Both the position numbers and the translations under genes were made by a program. From an uncultured Desulfatitalea sp. (GTDB taxonomy: Bacteria > Desulfobacterota > Desulfobacteria > Desulfobacterales > Desulfosarcinaceae): a stretch of DNA of 64,000 nt. The notes below the pieces were generated by a model, which was not told the DNA's origin, did no database searches, and saw only the letters and a program-made list of their open reading frames with translations. This document shows positions 1 to 9,854 of the stretch, piece by piece. Each line of letters opens with the position of its first letter. The stretch's first letter is position 1. Location: the NCBI GenBank assembly GCA_963668675.2, contig CAXXMB010000001.1, positions 320,001 to 384,000 of the forward strand, in the 5' to 3' direction.

Positions 1-87
1 GCCAAAGAGATATCCGATCTGGCCAAACGCTATCTGGACAACAGCCAGGCAGCCACGGTTGTTATCGTACCGGAAGCGGACCGCTAA
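1..87 (+). CDS. 3' end of a CDS entering the window, possibly an M16 (insulinase-family) zinc peptidase
   Basis: Frame 1 reads AKEISDLAKRYLDNSQAATVVIVPEADR*, resembling the typical M16 C-terminus (lAkkYL...vvv.P). Only 28 codons visible. Confidence 0.45.
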   Translation, partial: AKEISDLAKRYLDNSQAATVVIVPEADR

Positions 88-229
88 TCTTCCATTCAAC
101 ATAGAATCATGATGTGGTTCTATCTCTGTGGGGGCTCGATGGCTGGTTGTCACCTCCTTTCCGATCTGATAAGCACGGAGATCGTTGAATCGGGCATCGC
201 TTGGGACGTGAGGGAAGAGGCAATTGAAT

Positions 230-1705
230 ATGGATGGTAAGATCATAGTTTCTCCGAGTATCATCAGTAGCTTGTGGCGGTTTTTCGCATCCGTACGCCT
301 AACTGTTGTGTTGCTGCTTTGCATGGCAGTTCTCTCCATATTTGGTACGGTGATTCCCCAGAATGCCACGGCAGAAGATTATGTTCGTATTTTCGGGCTT
401 TTCCGCTATCAATTGTTTGTCTTGCTCGACATCGTCGATATGTACCATTCGTGGTGGTTTACGGGATTAATGGTGCTGCTGGTGGTTAATATCGTGGTGT
501 GTTCCGTCGATCGCCTTCAGACTTCATGGCGAGTGATATTTAACCGAAATCCGAAGTTTGATCTGAAACAGTATCGGCAGCGAAAAGGCCGCATCGAATT
601 CAGCGCCAAAGCGGATGTGATGCAGCTTGAAAAGCCGTTTCAGAGGTTCATTGCAAAAAAATTTCGCCACTGCAAGGTGCAGCGCACAGATCATGGATTT
701 GCCATCACTGCTGAGAAGGGACGATTGAGTCGACTGGGCGTTTATGTGGTTCACTTCAGCATCGTGGTGCTGCTCCTGGGGGGCTTGGTCGGATCGAAAA
801 TGGGTTTCGAAGGCTTCGTCGCCATTCCCGAAGGCGAGGCCGCCGAGGTCATCGATCTGACAAATTCAGGGCGTCAACTGAAATTGCCATTTCAGATTCG
901 ATGTGACGATTTTGAGGTGTCGTTTTATGAGGGAGGCAAACGGCCCAAGGAGTTTCGGTCCAGCCTCACCATTGTAGAGAACGGCAAGGATGTTTTAAAA
1001 AGGGATGTCATTGTAAACGCCCCTCTATACCATCAAGGAATTGGTATCTTCCAATCCAGCTATGGTCCTGTTGATGGACCGGCCCCGCAGATGAATCCAT
1101 TGACCGAACCGCCAGAGGAGATCGAGTTGCGGTTCCAGAGTGTCACGTCCGGCATGGTCTATACCCAGAAATCAGCGTTGGGCAAAACGGTGACGGTACC
1201 TGAAGGGGGCGGGCAGCTGAGCATCGAGCAGTTCGTGCCGAATGCGAAATTCCAGAGCATGGAGCTGGGGCCGTCCATCATCGCCCGCTTTATCGCCAAA
1301 GAGGGGGAACCCCAATCGATAACGTTGCCGTTCAATTTTCCAAAATTCGATGCGATGCGAAGAGGTGAGATTGTCATTTCGGTGGCATCCGAGCATCAGC
1401 CCGCCGCCACTGAAGAGCGCTATTACACCGGGTTGGTTGTCTCCTACGATCCGGGGGTAGGATTGGTATATTCAGGGTTCATTCTGATGATCGTTGGATG
1501 CTGGATTGCTTTTTTCATGTCTCATAAGCAGTTGGTGGTCGATGTGGCTTCGGATGGTCGATCCAGCACGGTTATCGTATCTGGCAAAACCAATAAGGCC
1601 AGAATGGGGTTCAAGGTGCAGCTTGAGCACTTGTCCGATCAGCTGAAGCGGCTGGCGAACGCGAGCTCCAGGAGTTCTGACCCAAATGGTCCGTTTATAG
1701 GATAA
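230..1705 (+). CDS. resB: Cytochrome c biogenesis protein ResB/Ccs1 (System II)
   Basis: N-terminal TMs with GTVIPQ and MYHSWWF, His-bearing TM (VVHFSIVVLLLGG), large periplasmic domain, C-terminal DPG.LVYSGF TM; directly upstream of ccsA. Alternative TTG start at 224. Confidence 0.92.
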   Translation: MDGKIIVSPSIISSLWRFFASVRLTVVLLLCMAVLSIFGTVIPQNATAEDYVRIFGLFRYQLFVLLDIVDMYHSWWFTGLMVLLVVNIVVCSVDRLQTSWRVIFNRNPKFDLKQYRQRKGRIEFSAKADVMQLEKPFQRFIAKKFRHCKVQRTDHGFAITAEKGRLSRLGVYVVHFSIVVLLLGGLVGSKMGFEGFVAIPEGEAAEVIDLTNSGRQLKLPFQIRCDDFEVSFYEGGKRPKEFRSSLTIVENGKDVLKRDVIVNAPLYHQGIGIFQSSYGPVDGPAPQMNPLTEPPEEIELRFQSVTSGMVYTQKSALGKTVTVPEGGGQLSIEQFVPNAKFQSMELGPSIIARFIAKEGEPQSITLPFNFPKFDAMRRGEIVISVASEHQPAATEERYYTGLVVSYDPGVGLVYSGFILMIVGCWIAFFMSHKQLVVDVASDGRSSTVIVSGKTNKARMGFKVQLEHLSDQLKRLANASSRSSDPNGPFIG

Positions 1706-1710
1706 GGAAA

Positions 1711-2568
1711 ATGGATATGGGATATAACGCTTCGGTCCTTTCGGTTGTCACCTTTATATATGGATTGGCAGGCACGCTCTATCTGTTTGCATGGATATTT
1801 CGAAAGGAGATGCCGGGAAGGATCGCCACATGGGTTACCCTGGTTGCGTGGCTGGGCAATACGCTTGGCATCGTTTTGCGTTGGGTGGAATCCTATCAGA
1901 TGGGTCAAGAGTTCGGTCACGCTCCCTTTTCAAATATGTACGAATCCCTTGTTTTTTTCGCCTGGACCATCGGGATCATCTATCTGGTTGTGGAGCGGCG
2001 CTATCGAAATCGCGTCATCGGCGCCTTTGCCATACCGTTGGCCTGTTTGGCGATAGCCTATGCATCGCTGTCTCCTGACAAGGTCATTCAGCCCTTGATC
2101 CCTGCTCTGAAAAGCAACTGGCTGATCGCCCATGTGATCACCTGCTTCCTGGGGTATGCGGCCTTCGCGGTGGCCTTTGGCGTCAGCATCATGTACCTGA
2201 TCAAATCTAAGGCGAAACCGGCATCGAAGAAGGGCGTGGCGGTGCATATCCCTTCATCCGGGCTTTTGGATGAGCTGACCCACCAATTGGTGATGTTCGG
2301 TTTTCTTTTCCTGACTGTCGGGATTATCACCGGCGCTGTGTGGGCCAAACAGGCCTGGACCCGGTACTGGAGTTGGGACCCCAAAGAGACCTGGTCGTTG
2401 ATCACATGGTTGATCTATGCCGCCCTGCTTCACTTCAGGATGATGCGCGGCTGGCGTGGAAAGCGGATTGCCGTCATCTCCATTGTCGGTTTCGCGGCCG
2501 TCTTGTTTACCTATTTCGGTGTCAATTTTCTGCTTGCCGGATTGCACAGCTACGGCGCAAAACTGTAG
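1711..2568 (+). CDS. ccsA: Cytochrome c assembly protein CcsA/ResC (System II)
   Basis: WWD motif GAVWAKQAWTRYWSWDPKETW, HAPFSNMYES, LKSNWLIAHV, GLHSYG; AAGGA RBS. Confidence 0.95.
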   Translation: MDMGYNASVLSVVTFIYGLAGTLYLFAWIFRKEMPGRIATWVTLVAWLGNTLGIVLRWVESYQMGQEFGHAPFSNMYESLVFFAWTIGIIYLVVERRYRNRVIGAFAIPLACLAIAYASLSPDKVIQPLIPALKSNWLIAHVITCFLGYAAFAVAFGVSIMYLIKSKAKPASKKGVAVHIPSSGLLDELTHQLVMFGFLFLTVGIITGAVWAKQAWTRYWSWDPKETWSLITWLIYAALLHFRMMRGWRGKRIAVISIVGFAAVLFTYFGVNFLLAGLHSYGAKL

Positions 2569-2669
2569 CTTGCGGATTCCCCACATCAATCTCCTCCCTT
2601 TTTGCACGCATACGGGGTGTTTCGAGGTCGATTTCTCTGTCCTTCTGAAACCTATCCGTTGAATTAGAC

Positions 2670-2698
2670 TTGACAAAAAGGGGCGGTCTGGATAGTAA
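2670..2698 (+). promoter_or_regulatory. Putative sigma70 promoter for the qrc operon
   Basis: TTGACA at 2670, 17 nt spacer, TAGTAA; -10 element is imperfect. Confidence 0.45.
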
Positions 2699-2908
2699 AA
2701 GCCTTTCGTGGCGCCTCTCCGGCATCTGCCGTAACGTGCTGAAAGTTATCCTATAGAGATGCAATTCGGGCAAAAGGCCCGTTTGTCATATGGCGATTAG
2801 GCCACCGTGTACCACTGATCGGACCGGTCCGCCAATTGTGTGGCGATGGATAGGGCCACACGCGAGGATAGTTAGACCCGGATCCCATAACAACATGACG
2901 GAGTGTCC

Positions 2909-3595
2909 ATGAGCAGCAATGAAGAGCCCAAAACAGACGGCAAGACAGGTGACGCTCACTCCCCCTCACCGAGCGACCCGCGAAACGGTCCCTACATTCT
3001 TCTCTTTTTCATCCTTGGCCTGGCTTTGAGCATGGTTGTCGGTTGGGCGGTATTTCCCAAGCTGCTTTACAGCCAGAAAAGCCAGCCTTTCGATTTCAAC
3101 CATAAACTCCATCTTGAGCAGGTCGACGACGGTTGCCAGAGCTGCCACTTCTTTCGGGAAGACGGCACCTTTTCCGGTGCCCCACGCCTGGCCCAGTGCG
3201 TCGATTGCCACGAGGAGCTGATGGGGGAGAGCGAGGATGAGAAGGTGTTTGTCGAGCAGTACGTGGCCACGGGAAGGGAGGTGCCCTGGCTGATCTATGC
3301 CCGCCAACCCGATTGTGTCTTTTTCTCCCATGCGGCTCACACCCATGGCGCCAAGATGGCGTGCGAAACCTGCCACGGTCCGATCGGAACTTCCGAGAGT
3401 CTGAAGCCCTATGAAGAGAATCGCATCACCGGATTGAGCCGGGATATATGGGGACGTAATATATCCGGATTCAAGCAGAATACATGGGATCGTATGAAGA
3501 TGGATGACTGTGCGGAATGCCATGCCCAGTACGACACGCTGCACGATTCCAGCGTGCAGACCGGTCGGGATGCATGCTTTGTTTGCCATAAGTAG
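2909..3595 (+). CDS. qrcA: Menaquinone reductase multiheme cytochrome c subunit QrcA (pentaheme)
   Basis: N-terminal TM, five CxxCH motifs (CQSCH, CVDCH, CETCH, CAECH, CFVCH), QPDCVFFSHAAH and ENRITGLSRDIWG; operon context. Confidence 0.92.
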   Translation: MSSNEEPKTDGKTGDAHSPSPSDPRNGPYILLFFILGLALSMVVGWAVFPKLLYSQKSQPFDFNHKLHLEQVDDGCQSCHFFREDGTFSGAPRLAQCVDCHEELMGESEDEKVFVEQYVATGREVPWLIYARQPDCVFFSHAAHTHGAKMACETCHGPIGTSESLKPYEENRITGLSRDIWGRNISGFKQNTWDRMKMDDCAECHAQYDTLHDSSVQTGRDACFVCHK

Positions 3596-3683
3596 TTCGG
3601 GGGGTCGAAAGGCAATGGCAATAGTGAACTTCGGTGCAAATCACAACGAACCATCAAAGGGCGAGATAGGCTGAGGTAATTTT

Positions 3684-5897
3684 ATGAAACTGTCCAGACG
3701 ATGTTTTTTGTCTTTCACCATAGGAGGCGCCGCAGGAACGGCTCTTTCGCCTTTACCTTGGAAGCTTACCGACGATCTTTCCATATGGTCCCAGAACTGG
3801 CCGTGGACCCCGGTACCACCCGACGGCGAATACGATTATGTCAATACCACCTGCAAATTGTGTCCGGGGCACTGTGGGATCCGTGTACGCAAAGTCGACG
3901 GCCGCGCGGTCAAGATCGAAGGGCAGGAGGAGACCGCCATGAACCCGGGCGGAATCTGCCTGTTGGGGTTGTCCGGTTTGCAACTGCTATACGGTCCCAC
4001 GAGAGTTCAGGGCCCCTTAAAACGTGTAGGCGAGCGGGGAGAGGGGCGCTGGGAAGCGATCAGCTGGAGAGAGGCCATCGAAGAGGTGACGGCCCGACTC
4101 GCTGACCTGCGCGCAAAGGGCCAGCCCCAATCGGTCGCTTGCCTCACCTCGGATGACGCGGGGACGGTGCCAGAACTGGCCAAGCGGTTGATGACCGCTT
4201 TCGGATCTCCCAACTTTATGAAAATGCCCTCCATGGAGGACGCCTATGCCTCCGTCCTTAAGTTGACCCAGGGCGCCGAAGGATTCGTATCGCTCGATCT
4301 GGAGCAGGCGGACTTCATGCTCAGCTTCGGCAGTGCGCTGCTCGACGGTTACGGCGCCTCACCGAGGGTGATGCAGGCGGTGAACGGACTCAAGGCGACG
4401 CATGGAAAGCTTGTACAGATAGACCCGCGCCTCTCCAATACGGCGGCCAAGGCTGATACCTGGCTCGCTCCCAAGCCGGGAACCGAGGCGGATGTGGCTT
4501 TGGCGATGGCTCAGGTGATCATCGACCGCAAGCGGTATCGGGCCGGGTTCGTGAACGGGAATATTGAAGGGTTCGAAGCGTTTGCCGCCATGGTCGCCGA
4601 GCGATACACGCCCCAGGCGGTCGCGCAGAAGGCCGGAATCGACGCCGAGGCGATCGTCAAAACCGCATTGGAATTTGCCGGCGCAAAACGCCCCTTGGCC
4701 ATTTGCGGCAGAGGCAAGGGGGAGTTGCCCGTCAGCCTTAAAGAGGCATTGGCCGTCCATGCCTTGAACGCACTTGTGGGCAGCATCAATCGCTCCGGCG
4801 GTGTGCGGGCCGCCGCCTACGATTACATCCAATGGCCGGCAGTGGCAGTGGATGCTGTGGCTGCAGCGGGCATGAAGACCCCGCGATTGGACCGAGCGGA
4901 AGGTGTCGCATATCCGGACGCCGGCTACAAGTTGCACCGCATGTTTGAGGCCGTGCAATCCGGAGAGGCGGAACTTAAGGCGCTGCTAGTCGTAGAATCG
5001 AATCCCTGCTTCAGCCAGCCCGACATTGCCAAGGTGAAGGCGGCGTTCGACAAAATTCCATTTGTGGTCAGTTTCTCTTCTTATATGGATGAAACCGCCA
5101 TGCAATCCGACCTTATCCTTCCCAACCACACCTACCTGGAGAGGTTCGAGGATGTGCCTGTCAAGGCGGGGGCGGCAAAACCGGTCGTGGGCTTGTGCCG
5201 TCCGGTGATCGATCCGCTCTATGCCACCCAGCATGTGGGCGACACCATCATCCAGATTGCGAAAGCGCTGAAGGGCCCCGTGGCCAGGGCATTCCCCTGG
5301 AACGATTATGAATCTTGCCTCCAGGATGTGTTGGCTGATCGATGGGAAGCGATGATCGAGAAGGGGTGCTGGCAGATGCCGGAAGCTGCGCCAGAAGAAA
5401 GCGGCTTCAGTACCGCTTCCGGTAAGTTTGTCTTGATGAACGATACCATCGGCGCCATCTACATGACCGATTTACCTGCATCTGCAGGGGACGAAAAAGA
5501 GTTTCCCCTGCAGCTTGTCGCATACGACACCATACGCCTTAGCAGTCGCTACGTGGGCAGCTCGCCCTTCATGATCAAGACCCTGGCGGATACGACACTG
5601 AAAGGCCAGGATGGTTTTGTAGAGCTGAACCCCGAAACGGCCGAACAGCTCAAACTCAAACAGGGCCAGGCGGCAACCCTTGCTACACCGGTTGGAAAGG
5701 CCGACGTCCGCGTTCATCTGGATGACGGGATCATGCCGGGTGTTTTGGCCATGGCACGCGGCCTCGGGCATACGGCATACGATGAATTTCTGGCCGGCAA
5801 AGGGGTGAACGTCAATCGGCTTATCGGTCCCATGGAGGACCCGGCTTCAGGATTGGATGCGGCGTGGGGCATCCGGGCGCGATTGACGAAAGCGTAA
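3684..5897 (+). CDS. qrcB: Menaquinone reductase molybdopterin-binding-like subunit QrcB
   Basis: Tat signal SRRCFL, SPLPWKLTDDLSIWSQNWPW, DMSO-reductase fold motifs (SFSSYMDETAMQSDLILP); between qrcA and qrcC. Confidence 0.92.
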   Translation: MKLSRRCFLSFTIGGAAGTALSPLPWKLTDDLSIWSQNWPWTPVPPDGEYDYVNTTCKLCPGHCGIRVRKVDGRAVKIEGQEETAMNPGGICLLGLSGLQLLYGPTRVQGPLKRVGERGEGRWEAISWREAIEEVTARLADLRAKGQPQSVACLTSDDAGTVPELAKRLMTAFGSPNFMKMPSMEDAYASVLKLTQGAEGFVSLDLEQADFMLSFGSALLDGYGASPRVMQAVNGLKATHGKLVQIDPRLSNTAAKADTWLAPKPGTEADVALAMAQVIIDRKRYRAGFVNGNIEGFEAFAAMVAERYTPQAVAQKAGIDAEAIVKTALEFAGAKRPLAICGRGKGELPVSLKEALAVHALNALVGSINRSGGVRAAAYDYIQWPAVAVDAVAAAGMKTPRLDRAEGVAYPDAGYKLHRMFEAVQSGEAELKALLVVESNPCFSQPDIAKVKAAFDKIPFVVSFSSYMDETAMQSDLILPNHTYLERFEDVPVKAGAAKPVVGLCRPVIDPLYATQHVGDTIIQIAKALKGPVARAFPWNDYESCLQDVLADRWEAMIEKGCWQMPEAAPEESGFSTASGKFVLMNDTIGAIYMTDLPASAGDEKEFPLQLVAYDTIRLSSRYVGSSPFMIKTLADTTLKGQDGFVELNPETAEQLKLKQGQAATLATPVGKADVRVHLDDGIMPGVLAMARGLGHTAYDEFLAGKGVNVNRLIGPMEDPASGLDAAWGIRARLTKA

Positions 5898-5986
5898 GAT
5901 GCCTGTTGGCAATCCGGCGATTGGATTGAAGATCAGGAATCTAAGCCACCTTTAGAACAGGCTCAAACTGCTTAAATGAGGTTCTG

Positions 5987-6856
5987 ATGAAACAGACGCA
6001 GACGCAGACACAACATCGACCCAAACGATACGGCATGGCGATTGACGTAGACAAGTGTACGGGATGCGGCTCCTGTATGGTCGCCTGTTTTTCCGAAAAC
6101 AACGTGCCGTTCAAGCAGGATGAAACCGACAAACTGCTGAGCATCACCTGGATGCGGGTTTACAAGATTTCCAACGGAGAGAAATTTCCCAATACGGAAG
6201 TGGCCTATATGCCCAGGCCGTGTCAACATTGTGCCGGCCAGCATGAGGGGCACTCGCCCTGTGTTTCGGTATGTCCGGCCACGGCCACCGACTACAGCGT
6301 CGAGACGGGTATCGTCAGCCAGATCTACACGCGCTGCTTCGGATGCCGGTACTGCATGGCAGCCTGCCCCTATCATGCCCGCTACTTCAACTGGTGGGAT
6401 CCGGCCTGGCCCAAGGGAATGGAGAAGTATCTCAGCCCCAATGTGTCGCCGCGCATGCGCGGTGTGGTGGAAAAGTGCAGCTTCTGCTTCCATCGCTACC
6501 AACAGGCCCGTGACAAGGCTTATACGGAAGGCAAACGGGAAGTGCGGGAGGAAGAATATCAGACGGCTTGCACCCAGGCATGCCCATCCGGTGCTATCGT
6601 GTTCGGGGATTTGAACAATCCCGATCACGAGATTCATCAGATCATCAAACCCAACCCCCATGTGGTTTACGATAAGGCTGGCACTCCCATTATCGGAAAA
6701 TCGCAAAATCCGCACGCTTTCAGACTTCTGGAGCGGTTGGGAACCAATACGAAGGTATACTATCTGTCGAAGCGTGAGTGGGTGCGCAAAGCCGGTGACA
6801 ACTATCTGCCTGGAGAGCCTGTGGGCGAGCATGGCAAACCGGCCTCGCACGGATAG
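5987..6856 (+). CDS. qrcC: Menaquinone reductase Fe-S subunit QrcC
   Basis: Four ferredoxin Cys groups (CTGCGSCMVAC, CQHC..PCVSVCP, CFGCRYCMAACP, KCSFC..CTQACP); NrfC/PsrB type. Confidence 0.93.
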   Translation: MKQTQTQTQHRPKRYGMAIDVDKCTGCGSCMVACFSENNVPFKQDETDKLLSITWMRVYKISNGEKFPNTEVAYMPRPCQHCAGQHEGHSPCVSVCPATATDYSVETGIVSQIYTRCFGCRYCMAACPYHARYFNWWDPAWPKGMEKYLSPNVSPRMRGVVEKCSFCFHRYQQARDKAYTEGKREVREEEYQTACTQACPSGAIVFGDLNNPDHEIHQIIKPNPHVVYDKAGTPIIGKSQNPHAFRLLERLGTNTKVYYLSKREWVRKAGDNYLPGEPVGEHGKPASHG

Positions 6857-6968
6857 GCGGGAGAGTATATCCAAAATTTAGGCCCATGCCCGTCTGCGGG
6901 GGCCGAATCGGCAAAAGCCGTTACGATAGCACGATTTCAATTGCAAGGAGAACAAGGAGCGCAATCTT

Positions 6969-8249
6969 ATGGATTCTGCATTGATACCCGAGGGCGTCAA
7001 ACGGTGTCCCCTATGGAAATTCCTGCTGGGACTGGCTGTTGTAGGCCTCGTTTTACTGTGGGGCGTCTATGCCATGCTTCTGTGCTGGGTCAAAGGGCTG
7101 AATCAGACCAATATGAACGACTATTACGGATTCGCCCTGTGGATTTGGGCCGACCTGGCCGTCATCGCCTTAGGCGGTGGCGCCTTCTTCTCGGGCCTGC
7201 TCAAATATGTGATCGGCAAAGATGATCTGAAATATATCATCAACTACGCGGTCCTTATCGGCTTCATCTGTTACAGTTCGGCCCTGCTGATCCTGGCCAT
7301 CGATGTCGGGCAGCCTCTGCGCAGCTGGTTTATTTTCTGGCACGCCAACGTGCACTCCATGCTGACGGAAGTGGCCTTCTGTCTCTCGTGCTACTTTGCC
7401 GTCCTGACCATCGAGTATATCCCTCTGGTTTTGGAAAATCGTCAAATAGACAAAGTTCCCTTTTTTCACAATTTGAGCCACAACATGCACTCGATCATGG
7501 CCGTCTTTGCCGCCACCGGCGCTTTTCTCTCCTTCTTCCACCAGGGCTCTTTGGGAGGCGTGGCCGGTGTTCTGTTCGGACGGCCCTTTGCTTTTCGCGA
7601 ACACATCCTGATCTGGCCGTTTACCTTCTTTCTCTTCACCTGGTCGGCTGCGGCCTTCGGCCCCTCCTTCACCCTTTTCATCACCTGGCTGACGGAGAAG
7701 ATTACCCGCAAAAAACTGGTGAAGGACAATGTGGTTTTCCTGCTGGCCAAAATTTCCGGCTGGATGATTTTTACCTATATCATCGCAAAGAGCGCCGATA
7801 CCCTTTACTGGATGTACAGTACGGCACCGGCTCAGGGCGTTCAGTGGCAGTCTTTCTTTGAAAACAACGCTCTTTACGGGAAGTGGATTCTTTTTACTGA
7901 AATTATTCTCTGCGGCTGGCTGCCGGGCCTGCTGCTGATTTTCAGGCCCACCCGGGAGAGCGGCTTCTGGCGCGTATTGGCCACTTTCCTGGCCGTCGTT
8001 GGCGTATCCCTCAACCGCTGGGTGATGGTGCTGCAGACCATGGCCGTGCCGGTGATGACCTTCGATACTTGGGCGCTTTACATCCCCAGTTGGCAGGAGG
8101 TTGCCACCACCATCCTGCCCGTGGCCTACGGCGTGATTCTGATCATGATCTCCTACCGATACCTGCCGATTTTTCCGCAGGAAAGGGAGCTCAATCCGAT
8201 CGCGGTACCGGAAACCGTTGAAGTTGAAGAGACTGCAGCAGCTGCGTAA
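6969..8249 (+). CDS. qrcD: Menaquinone reductase integral membrane subunit QrcD (NrfD family)
   Basis: Multi-TM; WIWADLAVIALGGGAFF, DVGQPLR, HSMLTEV, SFFHQGSLGG. Confidence 0.93.
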   Translation: MDSALIPEGVKRCPLWKFLLGLAVVGLVLLWGVYAMLLCWVKGLNQTNMNDYYGFALWIWADLAVIALGGGAFFSGLLKYVIGKDDLKYIINYAVLIGFICYSSALLILAIDVGQPLRSWFIFWHANVHSMLTEVAFCLSCYFAVLTIEYIPLVLENRQIDKVPFFHNLSHNMHSIMAVFAATGAFLSFFHQGSLGGVAGVLFGRPFAFREHILIWPFTFFLFTWSAAAFGPSFTLFITWLTEKITRKKLVKDNVVFLLAKISGWMIFTYIIAKSADTLYWMYSTAPAQGVQWQSFFENNALYGKWILFTEIILCGWLPGLLLIFRPTRESGFWRVLATFLAVVGVSLNRWVMVLQTMAVPVMTFDTWALYIPSWQEVATTILPVAYGVILIMISYRYLPIFPQERELNPIAVPETVEVEETAAAA

Positions 8250-8281
8250 TAGGGCTGAAACCTCAAAGGAGGCGCTAAAAG

Positions 8282-8440
8282 ATGTTCCCTTTTAATTTCG
8301 AATGGGTATGGGATATGGGGCACATGGTTTTCCATGGGGGCCTGTGGTATGCACTTTCAGTCATCGGTATGGGGATGACCTTCTGTGTGATCAAGGCGAT
8401 CATCGACACTGCCCAGGGTAAAGGCGGGCATCACCACTAG
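8282..8440 (+). CDS. Small single-TM protein (52 aa) at the end of the qrc operon, not in the ORF track
   Basis: AAGGAGG RBS then MFPFNFEWVWDMGHMVFHGGLWYALSVIGMGMTFCVIKAIIDTAQGKGGHHH*; lies before the operon terminator. Confidence 0.8.
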   Translation: MFPFNFEWVWDMGHMVFHGGLWYALSVIGMGMTFCVIKAIIDTAQGKGGHHH

Positions 8441-8492
8441 CGTGAATGGCTGCCACGGTGTATCTTACGATCGATATGTGACAAAACCGGAC

Positions 8493-8529
8493 AAAAGCGC
8501 TTCTCCGAAGAGGGGAGGCGCTTTTTTTC
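8493..8529 (+). terminator. Intrinsic terminator after the qrc operon
   Basis: AAAAGCGCTTCTCC-loop-GGGGAGGCGC followed by a T7 run. Confidence 0.85.
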
Positions 8530-8568
8530 TTCCGCTTCACTTCAACGCGATAAGGAGAAGGCAGAGGG

Positions 8569-9822
8569 ATGGATAAAATTCTCGTGCGAGGCCGGCAAAG
8601 GCTGCAGGGGAGTGTGACGGTCAGTGGAGCAAAGAATGCGGCCCTGCCCATATTGATATCGGCCCTGCTGTGCGACGGGCCCAACACCTTCTCAAATGTG
8701 CCCATGTTGAGAGATATCCAGAGTACTCTGGAACTGCTTTCCCATCTGGGGGTCCGCTGCCTGCGGGAGAATCACACCGTCACAGTGGATGCCGCAGGGT
8801 TGAACAATTTCGAGGCCCCCTATGATCTGGTGCGCAAAATGCGTGCATCCATCCTGGTACTCGGGCCGATCCTGGCCCGCTTGAAGAGGGCACGCGTATC
8901 CCTTCCCGGAGGATGCGCCATTGGTGCGCGCCCCATCAACTTGCATTTGCGCGGGCTCAGCCTTTTGGGGGCCGAGATCAAACTGGAGCATGGTTATGTG
9001 GAGGCGTCGTGTGACCGTTTGAAGGGAGCCGAGATCTACTTCGATGTGGTCACGGTGACCGGAACGGAGAATTTGATGATGGCAGCCGCGTTGGCGGAAG
9101 GTTCCACCGTCCTGAGCAACGCGGCGTGTGAACCCGAAGTGGTTGCATTGGCGGAGGTGTTGAACCAGATGGGGGCCAAGATCAGTGGTGCCGGAACACC
9201 TGAGATTGTCATCGAAGGTGTGGACAAGCTGCATCCGATCACGACGCGTATTATCCCGGACCGGATCGAGACGGGAACCTTTATGGTCGCGGCGGCACTG
9301 ACTGGCGGTGATGTAACATTGAAAAAGACAGCGCCGGAGCATATGGAGGCCATCATCCACAAGTTGAGACTGACCGGTTCACGGATCGATATACAAGGTG
9401 GCGAAATCCGTGTTCGAGGAAGCGACGTGATCAACAGCGTGGATATCAAAACGTTGCCCTATCCCGGATTTCCCACCGACATGCAGGCTCAGTTCATGGC
9501 GCTGATGACCGTCGCAAAAGGCTCCTGTTTGATATCGGAGACCATCTTCGAGAACCGTTTTATCCACGTCAGCGAACTTCGGCGCATGGGGGCCGATATT
9601 ACTGTGTCGGGCAATTCTGCACTGGTCAAGGGGGTCGGACGGCTTTCAGGGGCACCGGTGATGGCCAGCGATTTACGGGCCAGTGCCTGTCTGATATTGG
9701 CGGGGTTAATTGCGAAGAATACCACCGAAGTAAACCGCGTTTATCATCTGGACCGTGGTTATGAATCGATGGAGGAGAAATTTAGATCGTTGGGCGCTTC
9801 CATAGAGCGGGTAAAAGTATAG
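8569..9822 (+). CDS. murA: UDP-N-acetylglucosamine 1-carboxyvinyltransferase
   Basis: [25 protein letters not shown] (catalytic Cys), [17 protein letters not shown]. Confidence 0.97.
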   Translation: MDKILVRGRQRLQGSVTVSGAKNAALPILISALLCDGPNTFSNVPMLRDIQSTLELLSHLGVRCLRENHTVTVDAAGLNNFEAPYDLVRKMRASILVLGPILARLKRARVSLPGGCAIGARPINLHLRGLSLLGAEIKLEHGYVEASCDRLKGAEIYFDVVTVTGTENLMMAAALAEGSTVLSNAACEPEVVALAEVLNQMGAKISGAGTPEIVIEGVDKLHPITTRIIPDRIETGTFMVAAALTGGDVTLKKTAPEHMEAIIHKLRLTGSRIDIQGGEIRVRGSDVINSVDIKTLPYPGFPTDMQAQFMALMTVAKGSCLISETIFENRFIHVSELRRMGADITVSGNSALVKGVGRLSGAPVMASDLRASACLILAGLIAKNTTEVNRVYHLDRGYESMEEKFRSLGASIERVKV

Positions 9823-9854
9823 TTTTTTTGTGGGTGGCGGTGCGGGAACGAAGA

